From: Eutreptiella sp. 'Long Island Sound 2002' | Taxonomy: Eukaryota; Protista; Euglenida | Assembly: GCA_964036045.1 (NCBI GenBank) | Contig: OZ038378.1 | Location: forward strand, 14,136,001-14,200,000 | Direction of reading: 5' to 3' | DNA length: 64,000 bases | Part shown: positions 20,926-33,500 of the stretch, piece after piece | Numbering within the stretch: the stretch's first letter is position 1 | How the letters are laid out: the number at the start of each line of letters is the position of its first letter | The notes under the pieces: model-generated | Told to the model about the DNA's origin: nothing | Seen by the model: the letters and a program-made list of their open reading frames with translations, nothing else | Database searches by the model: none | Program-made: the position numbers and the translations under genes

Positions 20926-21504
20926 CCCCCCACCCCTGGTGTCGCGGCGCGACGGAAGGGCTGGGCGCCCAGATGTCCGCCCCCTCTGCCCTCCCATGGC
21001 CCCGTCGTGGGCTCCCCGAGCGCCCTGTGGGTGCTAGTGCAGCGCCCGACGCCTGCAAGCCCCCTCCCCCCCTTGTCGTTGTCGCCGCCCCTCCCCTTGG
21101 GGGGGGGGGGGGGCACGCATAGGCCTCCCATCCCAAATAGCGTGCGCTGCCACGCACCGCCCACCGCTGGCACCAGTCGAGGGTGTCCCTCGTGGTGCCG
21201 GGAGCAGCAATGCCGCACACCGCGGTGCCCCCAGCACAATTTGCAGGCGGGGCCCTGTGCACGTCGCACAAGGTCTGCATGGGGCGTCGCGGCCCTCATC
21301 CCCACCCTCTGCGCCGGCGGTGGCAGGGGTGGCTGGGGGTCATTGCTGACGGGCGCCTGTGGCGCGTCTCCGTCCGGCGCTGGTGCATCCGCGCCCGCGC
21401 CGGCTGCACCTCCGCAGCCTCTTGGGGGGGGGCAAAGGAGGGGAAGGGGGTAAAAAGGGCACAGAGGCCGGAGCCTCCTCCATTGCGCTGCCTGTCCCAC
21501 CTCC

Positions 21505-21853
21505 GTCCCCTTACTATTACGGAGGGTTGGCGACTTTTAATGTCCTGGCCGCTCTTGTGACAGGAGGGTTCGGGGTTAGCGGGTTAGAGCCTGCCTGAGC
21601 CCGCCCTATCCCACCCCTGGCCCACCGAGGGTAAAGGCCGATTATAGTCATGGACACTGTGCGACAGATGTGCGTCCTCGGATCGGGTCGCTCCCCATTA
21701 TAGCAGGCCTTCGGTGCAGGCCAGGGGTGCATCCCTGTGTTGCCCCTCGGCCAGTGCGATATGCCCCCAGGCCAATGTGCGTGTGGCAAGGAATCCATTC
21801 GAATCTGCTCCAACTGCGAGGTTCAACAATCCTAAGGTCCTATCACCAGTGTG

Positions 21854-21860
<7 letters not shown>
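21505..21860 (-). repeat. TAATAGTAAG-terminated repeat, intact copy
   Basis: Ends ...CCTCCG TAA TAG TAA G. Continues through CCCACCCCTGG, which matches the right flank of the PLE. Abuts (TG)n at about 21856-21886. Confidence 0.65.
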
Positions 21861-21888
<28 letters not shown>

Positions 21889-22109
21889 CGCCCAAGTATT
21901 TCACTACTCAAACTGCGAGGTTCAACTTTTCTACCACCCTACATCCATCAGCGAAACCATGAGTTCAATGTTTTTCCGGCCTCGCTGGTGTGTGCGCGTG
22001 CGTGGGTGCGTGGGTGCGGGTGGGTGCATGGGGGTGCAGGTGGGTGGACGAGTGCACGTGCACATGCACGTATGCATGTGCATGTGCGCGCGCGCCGTTT
22101 TTTGCCAAT

Positions 22110-22412
22110 TGCCCGCCATTGGGGTGTTTTTTCGTGCAATCAGTTCATGTGAAAAACACAATTCATGTACCAAAAAAAATCGTCAAGTCGTGTAATTTTT
22201 TTTGCAGTAAAGTCGTGCATTTTTGTTTGCGGTAAGTTGTGTAATTACAAAAAACAATCCAACCAAATACCAAAAAAAATCGTCGGTGCAAAGAATTTTT
22301 TTTTGTGGTAAGTCGTGTAATGAAAAGGAAAATTGGAAAGTTGGAAAAAAAAAGCAGCTTTTGCAACATGTACGCAATATGTACAATTGCCAGTTCCGTA
22401 CGGCACCCCATA
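22110..22412. repeat. AT-rich subterminal-like array ending in GTTCCGTACGGCACCCC
   Basis: GTCGTGTAATTTTTTTTG repeats; end motif shared with 1380-1420. Confidence 0.65.
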
Positions 22413-22749
22413 GCGACCTTAACGATGGGATGCTGAGTCCACCAAGCACCAAGGATATCCACTGAGATGCGCTCAAGGCCCGAAGGCTCCTGGACGCTAT
22501 GCAAAGACCACTACAGGCAGTGGTGCAAATGGCAATACTCTCTGTGACCACCAAGGCACTGGGATGGGGCCAATGTAATAGCATGCTTAACCCTCCACCT
22601 TTGGTACACCAAATAGGCGGAGGAAAACATAGTAGCGCGAAAAGCCTACAAAACATGCACTTGCTATAAGTAGTTGCAGAATGCAGGTTTGTAGATGAGG
22701 TCATTTTTCGTATTAGAGGACTTGGGCTTTGCACCAGGATTGGTGTTCA

Positions 22750-22930
22750 GCTAACAAGCCACACGCCACTCAACTACTAGCTGCTTGGTTAGCTCATTGA
22801 TGAACTGCTAGTCACGCTTCGACTGGCCGAATGCATCCTTGGCGTAGCTATCCGGCACCTTGTGCCACTCTCCACGGATGATGACCTTGGGAAGGGTGTC
22901 TTCCTCTGTGGTAGGAGTGGCCATGGAAGG
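22750..22930 (-). pseudogene. Relic of the MULE C-terminal module
   Basis: MATPTTEEDTLPKVIIRGEWHKVPDSYAKDAFGQSKRD*QFINEL, homologous to 1658-1897. Confidence 0.6.
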
Positions 22931-23449
22931 TTTCACCTTGGCCTCTAGGCCTTCCACGCTTTGCCCTTGAGCGGCATCCTTGCCCTTGAGTGGGGTGGGG
23001 GTGGCCTAAACACTTTCCTGAGTCTCGGCATCCTCGCCTTTGAGTGGGGTACGGGTGGCTTGAACACTCTCCTCAATCTCTAAAAGCGCAACTTCAACCT
23101 AGGTGCTGGGGGCAGACACAAAAGGGCAAGGCAGCTCTCTCACCCCCTCCAAATCATCACCAGGCAGTTGAATGACCCACACAACACGATCAGCATTATC
23201 AATGCTCAAACATAGTGAGCAAAACTTGGACCCATTGGGTGAGGCAAACATCTAAAAAAGAACCCAGGTGATCCACCACCAAGTTTGTGAGGTGACACTC
23301 TAAAAACCACAAGACCAACCTACTTTGTGCGGCCACCAATTAGTTGGGACTCAGCCAATGTAACATAGTATCACATGGTATAATTGGCACCCGAAACAAA
23401 ATGAAGCTCAAGAAAAGAGTCCACATAGGGCCATAGCCAATGTTAGTGC

Positions 23450-24012
23450 CACCATTTAATTGGCACAAACCCAGAAAGTGGATGTCCTTGTGATCGTGCA
23501 CCATTCGCAAAGCTGCCGGGCACTGCAGACATCTTTGTTGGTCTGTGGCCCCGACCTAGTTGACTTACAGTTGCGTACTCCCCAAAAGGGAGGAACACCC
23601 CGTATCCCGCTTGTCCTCCCTTAGCTGACCCATCCACCCATGGATGCACGGTGTGATGTGATACTCTTGAGAAACTCAAGCAGGACCTCAATGTCACACA
23701 TGGCTTCCAAAAAATCTGATGCCAATGGATCCTAGCTTGCTTGGAAGCTATCCAGACTGTTCCATGTGTGTGCGCACGTGTGCATGCACGCGCACACAGT
23801 TGGTTCGAGGCGGCCAAGGCAAGCAACGTTGTAATCTCTTGCTTTGGGTGCCATGTTGCCAACAGTGCCATGTGACAAATGGACACAAAACTTGGCAACA
23901 AACAATGGGGAACACAGTGATTTGGCACAAAGTGTGTGTTCATTGTAAAAAACTGGGGCTCAGGCACACCAAACGCAAATATAATCATCTCAATGGGGGA
24001 TTCAACTATCAA
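23450..24012 (-). pseudogene. Decayed LINE 3' relic with RNase H start
   Basis: PWVDGSAKGGQAGYGVF, compared with IYPDGSS...VGGYGVFF at about 55960-56020. Confidence 0.55.
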
Positions 24013-24258
24013 TTTGTGTGGGATAGTGCATCAACCCATTGCACACTGAACACTGTTTTGTGGTGATCGTTGGCCCAGGACTGCTCCGCCCTACTTATGC
24101 CATGTGACAAACGGGCCATGTCAGATCGGGCAATCGGTGTCATATGCAGAGGGGCATATTGTGGGGGTTTGGAGTCATACTGGCCACTAAACACAAGAAG
24201 ATTTTGAACCGTGGGTCATATTGAGGGAGGCCACGGTCATAACCAAAGGACCACCCCG

Positions 24259-25176
24259 TTAATGCGGGTCGTGAGTGAGGCCCTTGAGCAGCACCATGAG
24301 GCCGAGCCCCAGTAGGAAGAAGAAGAGATTCGTCCAGTTGGACCGCCCCGCCACGAACTCTGCCACCACCACATCGCTGGCACCGATGTACAGGAAGCTG
24401 CCAGCCGCCGTGGCCAGCGTGTAGCTGACGGCCAGGGGGCTCAGCACGCATCGCAGGCCCATGCCCAGTAGCAGACCCACGGGCGTCGAGAGGGCAAACA
24501 TGGTCACCAACCCCAGGGCCCGCCTGCAAGGCAGCGTCGAGGAGGTAAAGGCGATGCCCAACGCCAGGGACTCGGCCCACTTGTGGGCGATGATGGCCAC
24601 GAAGAGGGCGAGCAGGTCGCCCATGTGGTCCTGCAGCCCCAAAGCCATCCCCTCGGCGGTCCCATGGATCGACAGCGCCAGCAGCAGGATGTACCCGGGT
24701 ATCTGACTCCCACCGGGATTCGCGACGGGCCCCTCGCAATTGGCGTTGATGTCGTCGTACATGTTGCCATTCGCGGTCAGAGGTGTAGAACTGTTTGTGA
24801 CCTTTCCAACCTCAACCGCCGCCGGGGCGGCGGTTGGGCCATGCCCGTGTCCATGCCCATGGCCGTCAGCACTGAAGATCACGCGGTCGATCACAAGGAT
24901 GACGGTGTACCCCCCAATAAACAGCAGAAATGCAACCGGAAAGCGGTCGTCCAGCTGCCCGTGGGCCGCGCGGATCTCCTGCGCAGCCTCCGGGAGAAGG
25001 TGGCAGACCCCGACGGCGAGGAAGACGCCGGCAGCAAAGACGTTGGCCACGGACAGCACGGCCGGGCTCTTGGTGCAGGTGTGCGAGAGCAGCGGCAGGG
25101 CCCCCGCGGCAAGGCCTGTCAGGAAGATGCTGACGAAAGCCCCGAGCTTCACCCATACAACGTCCGTGGCCAGCAT
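24259..25176 (-). CDS. ZIP-family (ZIP1/2/3-like) zinc/iron transporter, intronless
   Basis: AAGVFLAVGVCHLLPEA, a GHGHGHGH loop, LSIHGTAEGMALG and AIIAHKWAESLALG; about eight TM segments. The likely ATG at 25176 follows TCTGCAG-CCCTTTTGC. Confidence 0.93.
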   Translation of the reverse strand: MLATDVVWVKLGAFVSIFLTGLAAGALPLLSHTCTKSPAVLSVANVFAAGVFLAVGVCHLLPEAAQEIRAAHGQLDDRFPVAFLLFIGGYTVILVIDRVIFSADGHGHGHGHGPTAAPAAVEVGKVTNSSTPLTANGNMYDDINANCEGPVANPGGSQIPGYILLLALSIHGTAEGMALGLQDHMGDLLALFVAIIAHKWAESLALGIAFTSSTLPCRRALGLVTMFALSTPVGLLLGMGLRCVLSPLAVSYTLATAAGSFLYIGASDVVVAEFVAGRSNWTNLFFFLLGLGLMVLLKGLTHDPH

Positions 25177-25689
25177 GCAAAAGGGCTGCAGACCAGACAC
25201 GCCGGCGGACTGTGGAGTGACGTGGCAAGAAGTGTTTTGCATGAGCACCCCCACCCCTCTGGCCCCATGTTGCAGTTCCCACATCATGTGCGGTGGAGAG
25301 CTTCATGGTCATGGGAATGGCTGAGTGTGAGGCCTCTGCGCAGGGGAGCAGACGCCCCGGGGCAGTGGTGCTGCAGTGGGAAGGAGCGGGGCAACCATTA
25401 CACTGGATTGCAACCGCAGGCCCCCCCAAATGACCTCGATTCCACAGAAGCAAGTCACAGAACAGGCATGGCACTGGACACCCACCAGTCCTATTGGGTA
25501 CGAGACCATCCTTCATGCCACCTCCCCCCCCTTCACACACACACACAGCACATGCACAGAGCGTCCGCCCACACTTGTTCTATGTGTCTCGGTCATCCTA
25601 GCCCAAGCCTCCTTGCACTAGAGGTATTCTCCTTTGACCTTTGTGAGGACCGTGTCTGTGACGCCATCTGGTCTGCTTACTAGGAGAGG

Positions 25690-26470
25690 GAGTTCCAGGA
25701 ACTCCAGAAACTTCAATCTCTGTAGGGCTTTTGCATAGTGGGTTGCCTGTCATTGTGTTCTCCACCATGCCCACCCCGCCAAAGCTGCTTGTGTGCCTCC
25801 GAGTTGCTTGTATGCAGCCGCTCCCATACGTCCCCAAGGATGCCAGGTGAGATTTAGCGCTGTATGTCCTGCCATGCACTTCTTGAGAGCGTCACGGATG
25901 CCTGCCCTTGCGCCGGGCAGTAGCTAGTGGTACTATGGACTTTTGGTTCTCCCATAGGTGCTTGCACCAAGCTTCCCAGAATGGGGATAGAGGGTATTGA
26001 AGATTGTATTGTAGAGGGTATTGTTGATTTTCTCATCGTAGAATTCCATCCATGCGGCGACTTCCTGGCATCTCCAACCTAACCATGCATCTCCCACTCA
26101 CATGCCATGGGCCATGGAGTAGACTGCCCGGAAGAATATTCTAGGCTAGCTGCGGAATTTCCGTGACTTTCCCAGGAACTCCAAGGTTCCACTCGTAGCG
26201 TCGACCCTATGGACTCTGTTGTTTTGCAGTTTCTCGATGGCTTTTGCTTGGAATGAGTAGAAATTTTTGACAATTGCCCCCAACATTCCCAGCTTCTCCA
26301 TGGCTCTCAGGGCGGACAGAAGGCTTTTTGCCGCTGAACCTCCTCGTTTACGTCTTGCAAAACGTTGCATACGCGCATCTAGGGCGTCAGTGGCGGTGGA
26401 CCTGTCATTGCTGTGGAGCAGGTACTGCCGCATGGCTGATGAGTATGTTGTCCGTGACCCGGCTTCCATA
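25690..26470 (-). pseudogene. Tyrosine recombinase of a DIRS/Ngaro-type retroelement, multiple stops
   Basis: SRTTYSSAMRQY (core-binding region); GM*VGDA (box I Arg codon now TGA); FYDEK; LTWHPWGRMGAAAY (box II); WWRTQ*QATHYA (catalytic Tyr region). Confidence 0.8.
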
Positions 26471-26774
26471 AACCTTGCTGTCAGCAGTACTCCTCCATCT
26501 GATCAGTCGTTGGAGCATACTCTGTAGAATTGGACGGCCGCCATGCAGACGTCAGCCCTACCTACACCAACCTGAAAATAAGCGACTTAAACGTACAAGG
26601 GGCTGCGGAGGGGGGTGTTGAGCGCTGTGGTAGGTCGTGTGTTGTGTGTGAGTAGCAGCAGCATAATCCTACAGGCTTTCCAAGCTGGTTGCCGCGGGGG
26701 CAGCCCCTTGGGAGCCACTCTTTTCTCTACAAGACATTGCTTTCATGATCTGTTCATGGCAAGCTGCGGCAATG

Positions 26775-27600
26775 TTAGACATTGAGATGTAGAGCTATGA
26801 CCCCATGGCAAAGGGCAAGAGGCACCAATACAAGCGAGTCATTGTGTTTGTCATGAGGCAGAGCATTTTGCGGTGCATGTTCAGCACGGATGCAGCGCAG
26901 TTCAGGGTAGTGCAGTGCAATGTACAGCAAAATGGTGGTGGTGGTGGGTGGGTCGGGGATGGGGGGGCAAACCGTTGTGCTGAGGTCCTCTAATAATGTT
27001 GCATGCGGGGAGGGGTGCAAATGCACAGCATGATGAACACCCCCGGGGCCAAATGGCGCAACCGGTTTTTCAAGGTTTGGTAATTTGACGGCTGTGAGAT
27101 GACCGTTGATGCATCTGGACGCAATTGTGGCACTCTTAGCACGGAATTTGAGGTATGCAGGGGCTGATGGTATCCTTGAAGGAGTTATCAGGTGACTTGA
27201 AGGTTTAGAAAAGCAATGCAAACCACTAACGATGTCGACACGCCCATGGGCAAGGGCGCGTTTGGGGTGAGGTTGAGCCCTCAACAGTTGCAGTGGGCCA
27301 GTAGCCACCACCAAGAGCAGTGTATATTCCCGCCAAATTCACTGCAAGCAACGGCGTGCACTGCGGTAGCTGCCAAAAGCAATTACTGAATTGCACGAAA
27401 AGGTTGAAAATGCATGATGCCCGAGGCACTGTGCAAAAATGGAGGGACACCCTCCCACCGACGCCGAGACCCCGGTCGTCGGTGATCAATTTGGAGGATG
27501 CATGGGGTAGCCGGTATGAAGTGTCTACAAGACAAGGCACCAACACAAGGAAGTGGGTATGCTGGCACATTGCGCCTCCAAAATCGCAAACATCAGTGGT
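26775..27600 (-). pseudogene. Decayed RT/RNase H region of the same YR retroelement
   Basis: PHASSKLITDDRG...CIFNL...FSNCFWQLP lies upstream of the YR in the same orientation. Confidence 0.45.
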
Positions 27601-27714
27601 GAGACAGAGGAATGGGTCAATCAATTCATGGGGTATCAGACTGTGCGCTATGGAAAACAGAGCATGGGGGCTGCACCCGGCTAGGACCTGACCCTGACCT
27701 TTTTTTTGGGGGGG

Positions 27715-27961
27715 GGGATGGCACAAGGCCCTGGTGGTTGGCTCTGTTAGCCTGTGGCGACGCCTATTGGCCTCTCACCCTTGAACCTTCTGCTATGACA
27801 AGCAGGCATCCGCACTACTGCGGCCATCCGCACTGCCGCAGGCATCCACCTGCTTGGGGGGGAATCCAGAATGCAACTTCTACCCATGGCGTCCTCCCCT
27901 AATGGCCTGGTCAGTGCTCGGTATGCGGTCATCATGAAGACCCCAGGCTGGGAGGTGCTCA
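27715..27961 (-). repeat. Inverted copy of 13410-13655
   Basis: Near-identical reverse complement, seen directly. Confidence 0.9.
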
Positions 27962-28393
27962 AACCGGGGGGGGGGGGGGGCTTCGCAGACCCAAACCCAC
28001 CACCTTTTTGTTAGGCACCTCCAAACAGTCAAGTATGCGGCCCAGAGATGATCCGACCGTTCGCACCACCCCTTACCCAAACAGAGGGTAGGGTATCATC
28101 GGCTTGGGTATTCCCAGCCACACTGGTGGCTACTTGGAACACTTTCTAGGGAAGGGCCTGAAGTGGGAAGCAAATGGGCAGAACATTATCTATTTTGTCT
28201 TTGGCCAACGATAAACCCCCCAGAAAATCTTAGCATTTTGAGTATAAACACATGCGGCGAAAACAAAAATTCACCCCCTGCGGTAAGACTAAAACAAAAT
28301 CTCCGGTGTCTGCGGCGCCCACAAAACCCATTGTTCCATGTAACTGTTTTGGGGTCCGTAGAGCCCCCCCTCCCCTTGGGGTCGGGTCCTGGC

Positions 28394-28432
28394 TGGCAGC
28401 AACCACTGGCAGCAACCACTGGCAGCAACCAC
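28394..28432 (+). repeat. 13-bp tandem repeat, 3 copies
   Basis: (TGGCAGCAACCAC)3. Confidence 0.9.
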
Positions 28433-28711
28433 AGTGAGCCGGAGCTCCCGTCCCAGCAAACTGCAGACTGCCATTCTCCATTCGGACGAATGGAGTTGAA
28501 GAAGGGGCCTTGCACGTCCTGTTTCCAGCCTCATGCTGGCAAAATGGGAGCCCGTCATGCTTCACCGTAAAGCAGGTCTGGAACGAACATGGAATTTGCG
28601 TGCACCCCATGCACAAAAAAAAAGTGATACTGACTCACTGACAAAGGGGCTCCTTGGGCAAGCCCCATGCCTCACCCAAATGACCACTTCACCAGGTCTG
28701 CCCAGGACCAC

Positions 28712-28812
28712 AGGGCACTGCACTGCACTGAACTGCAACACACTGCCCTGCCCCACATCGCACTGCCCTGCTATGCTATGCACTGCAGTGTACTGCATTG
28801 CCCTGCAATGCA
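28712..28812 (+). repeat. Degenerate pentanucleotide repeat
   Basis: GCACT/GCCCT/GCTAT units. Confidence 0.75.
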
Positions 28813-30152
28813 AACCTCACGGACAACATCCTCCTGTTGCATGATGGTTATCATTGAGTTGGTGGCACCCCTTCTCCCCTTGGCATGTGAGTGGTTTTGG
28901 GCTTGGATGAGCAGCAGACGGGGGCATTTCTGTGGTGATGTCTATTGAGGATACCCCACTCCCCAGGTGCCCTGCCACACCTCACATGTCCAACCCCTTC
29001 CCCCTCTTTGGGAACATTGTGAAGCCCAAACAAGTTGCACATTGGACTGTTGAGGTTATTTGGGGGTACCGCCCGGCCGCTTCGCTGCTCATGTCTTTGC
29101 ACACCCTGCAGGTATGCCTGCCATCAAGCACATGCACTGGATCTACCTTTCGAAGTGAGGCAAAACTTCTTTCATACTATTGATGGCAGGCGTCGGCCGT
29201 CGCACTCTATGTGCAATGTTGTGTTTTCAGGCATATATATTGGGGTACCCTTGCCCCTTTCTTGCTCCTGTTTTGGGCTTTGGTCGCGGGGGCCCTATTG
29301 GAAATCGGGGGCTGGGGCCCACACAGTGGGCTTGAACGCCCCCTCCTCAAATTGTGATTCATACGTACCCTCTCATACCCATCGGGCTGGCCGTCAACCG
29401 ACGGCGAAATGGATTGGTCTCCCAAGACAAGAGTCGGAGCCAAATGTCCTGAATTTTGTGTGCTCCGAGGCTTGATGCCTGTGCCTGAAGCGGGGATCAT
29501 ACCAACCATAGGGTTAGCTTTCCATAGTACCCCCACCCGGGGGGGGGGGGGCGTCACCTGCACATTTTGCCCAAGGAACGAGCACCCAAAAGCTTGTAGG
29601 AAATCACAGCAAACACCCAGAAGTATGGTGCTGGTACTGGCGCTTAGTCCCTCTGGGGTGGGGGAGGAGCGTCGTGCATTTTGGGGGACTAATCGGGGGC
29701 GCGCAGGGGCTTGAGAGTCTTCCCCTTTCGGCCGGTCTGCTGCCCATTTTCAAGCCAGTGCCAGCCTTCACTGCCCTTTGAATTGGGCTCGGTCACGGGT
29801 GCGCTTTTCTAAACCAGCCACCTCCCAGTTTTGGGGTGGCTCAGACAGTCCATTCCCAACAATAACGAAATTTTGGATTCTCCATAACTCATCCTCTTCT
29901 TTCCCTTCTTCTTCTTCTACTACTTCTCAGGACTACTTTGCTGCAGGCGATGTGGGATTTTGGGCCCTGCAGGAGGGTGCGCTGGGGCGTGACGGTCCCC
30001 TTGAGCCGCAGACTGTCTCTCAGAAACCCCGTTCTTCAACGACCCAACAGCGCTACCTTGGCCCTTCCGTGTGATGACTTCTTCTGCATTTTGATGTGCA
30101 CAGACGTAACGCCCCATAAAAACATCCCACTCTCACGCAGCCCCCCCTGAAC

Positions 30153-30295
30153 GGGTATTTGGTAAAACTGAGTACCAGACGAGGTAAAACTGAGTAAAAT
30201 GTGGTAAAACTGAGTAGATTTGAGGTAAAACTGAGTAAAAAAAATTTTTTAAAAAAAAAATTTTAAAAAAAAATATTTTTTTTTACTCAGTAATT
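30153..30295. repeat. MULE left TIR/subterminal GGTAAAACTGAGTA repeats
   Basis: Four direct copies, then an inverted TTACTCAGT. Confidence 0.9.
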
Positions 30296-30509
30296 AGACA
30301 ATTTTTTTTAAAAAAAAATGCACAAAAAACTGCACACTTTGATGGTAGGTGGTACTTTTGTTTAAGGGCACAAGGCCCCCGAGTCGATTCCCGGCCACTT
30401 GTGTTAGTGGCGCCCCACCCGGGCCAAACCATCATATATATATATATATATCACACAACCGCTTCACCAAGGAGGGTTGAGTACCGTCTGAGAGGGTGGG
30501 GCCAACTAC

Positions 30510-33500
30510 TTACAAGTAGTTACAAAAGACACGCTTGAAGATCAAGTCGGCCTTAGTATCTCTCTTGTGAGGCTTGCCTCTCGGGGTAGGATTCAGCTTG
30601 CATCTCTCAAAGAGATCTTCTTTCTTTTCCAGATGCAGCTGTCTGCAAAATGCTTGGTCATTTTCCAATTGACCATCAGCATTTTGGGGGTATTGAGGAG
30701 GCAACGCATACCACTTCCGACAGATCCACACACCGGGACGGGTGTCATCAGTGGCATTGGCATTGCCAGGAGTGGCATGCGTGGCATTGGCAGCAGTAAC
30801 TGCAGCAAAAGCAACAACAGCAGCAGCAGCAGCAGCAACGGGGGCCGCCCGGAATTGGCGCAATCCTACACAAATCTCGGACTGACACAAGACAGTGGTA
30901 TGGAAGGTACAATGAAGAACCTTACATTCCTGACACGCTATGGCGGGTGTGCCATCGCAAAAAAAGCATGTGTCAGGGGGGTCTGCAGATTTGGGCGTGG
31001 GGTACAACCGAGACACCTCCCAATGCATTGACCGGGTCCGGGGTGTGGGGGCCAACTTGGAACCACTGTAGTACAAAGTAGCTTGTGCCATCTCACGCAA
31101 TAACCACAATCTATCCTGTGGCACTTGCAAATCGCCTTTGACAACACGTCTAGACAAGGCACAATGCAACATCAACAGACATGCCGGATGGCAACTGACA
31201 AAATCATCCTGCCTGATGAAGGTGGAATACAGGGGTGCAATTGCAAATGCAAGGGAACCGAAAGCATCCAAAACCGTTGCCCACTTCCTCCGCGGTTGTG
31301 GTTGGATGCCTTCTCGCTCCGCAAGCTCATCCACAAAAGCCAACTCCTCCTTGTTTGCCCCAACAATGTGTGGCTTGTCAAGGAGGGGGTCAAACTTAAG
31401 GCAAAGGTATTCACGGGTAGGGGCAATCAGCAACAAGCGGAGCACCCAATGGAAATTACGCGAATTATATATCTGCGCCACAATCAACGGTGGTGCAAAA
31501 GACATATCAATGGACGCGCGTTCCAAAGTGCTACGCGCCCATGATTCAACCAACGCCTGTCGGCGTTGTGGATTGGCACACGACGCATTCCACAACGAAT
31601 CACGGACTGCCCATGCCACACCCATTGTGTCCCAATCTGCACTGAGAGCGGTCTGGGCTGCCCACCAGTAATACACCACAATTTGAGCACAGTCTGTGAC
31701 ATAGCTCTCGGAGGTGAGGTCCCTAAAATGGCGTGCCTCGAACTCATATTGTTGAGCCGATGGACCTGGAACCGTGGCATGTAGTGGCGGCCCCCAATCG
31801 TCACCAAGCAATGCCTCGACCTCTGCCAAGGATGGGCGAAACGAGCCATGGCTATCACTGAGTGCCTTGCACACATTAGCAAGGATTTGTTCTGCAGGGC
31901 GACACCCAGTATGAGATGTTGGAGGGCTATCGGTACAGGGTGTGGCGACAACAATTTCGGACGGAATGGAACTAGGCGGGATAGGGTCCAATGGGGTACT
32001 AGCTACATTGTCACAAGCAGCTACACCCACATTCACAGAGGGAGTTGGGTGGGTCCCTACAGCAATTTCGGACGGGATGGAATTGGGTGGAACACGGTTC
32101 ACAGAGGGAGTGGGGTGCAAAATGGTCTTGGCATCCACCTCCTTCTCCCACTTCTGTAGCACCCATTTTACCTCATCCCTATCCTTGAACCGTCTCGCTA
32201 GGCACTCCAGTCCAACCAAGCAGTGAATGCACCCGTCGCAGTAGATGCACCACAAATACACGGCCCTATTGCATTGACCACAAGTGAATGGTGGACGGTA
32301 CAGGCGCATTGAGTGCCACGAGGCGTTCCCGCGGGCCAACTCACGCTTCAGGTCTTGGCCAAGGGAGAGGGGTTCTCCATCACAGCTACTGTCACTGGAG
32401 GAGTCGTCCTCAACAACCTTTTGAGCTCTTTTTCGGCCACCTTTCTTAGCGGGGCTTGCTTGCGACTTGAACTCACGCACATGTGGCGGCTCAACACGAG
32501 AGGCAACTGTCCGCCTCACACGGCCGTACCTAAAGGGCCGGGCGCCAACGTACTTCCATGAGTATCGCAAAGGCACGGTAAAACCAGGCTCCTTAACAAG
32601 GAGCCATAGCAAGATGCCGTCACAGATTCCAAGGGTGGAGTACGTGGCACATGTGCAAAACTCCGCTGTGACGCGGTGAATACGGAGCAGGGACAAGAAC
32701 TGCGCCCAAGTGACACGGCGGCCTTCATTAATGGCGGCGAAGGTGTCCTTCCACCGGGTAACATCACCAACCTCAATGGGGGGGTAGTCACGGATGGCCT
32801 TGCCATTGGCCCCTCGTTTTCGCGAGGACACACCCTGGTGAAAAAATAGGGCATCACCGTCATCCACAAACACTTTGTTGTTCAGCATCACCTGGGCCTC
32901 CTGCCACATCCATGGGGCGGGCTGCATGCCTCTACCACCAAGTTGTTCACGGCTTTGGGCCCACTGTGTACCTAGGCGGGGTAGCACATCTTTCAAAAAC
33001 TCACGAATTCCACGCAACTTGTGCTGCGTGACAAGCTTCAGCGACTGTGCCCTTGCCTCCGCCGGTGTACTACATGGAACACCCGGAGGAGACTAACCTA
33101 CAAACCACCCGGACCGCTTGTGGATGTACTGCTCCCGAGCATGGTCCAAATAGTGGGGCGTTGCCGAATAGTGGTCCTCCAATGCAACCCAACCCGCCTG
33201 CCAAACAGGTGTGCTCCAACTAAGATGCAAGTCTCGGAGGTTTGCATGCACCTCTGGCCGCAAGTCCTTGTCCGCAATATTCTCTTTTAGATGCTCCCTC
33301 ATGTTCTTTTGTGCATGCCAGTAGCACAAAAGCCATAGAATAGTGAGCCACACGGCGCGGGCTGCGTTGATCATTTCTTCTGCACCGTCGCTCATAAACA
33401 TGCCTAAATCCCATTTGAACCCCGGAAAGCGGGTTTCCATGGCGTTCTTGGCTGTTTGCAGGGTGAAGTGCAATGCCTCTTTTTTTTCTCTCTCGGCGAG

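Noticed and set aside
20871-21560. Overlapping GC-rich ORFs next to the PLE
   Set aside because: Pro/Gly/Ala low-complexity in all frames and outside the pLTR; part of the target repeat.
24583-25683. 366-aa plus-strand ORF (likewise 19341-19949, 41231-42145, 56016-56873, 9489-10055)
   Set aside because: These are antisense shadows of GC-rich minus-strand coding regions with no motifs of their own.
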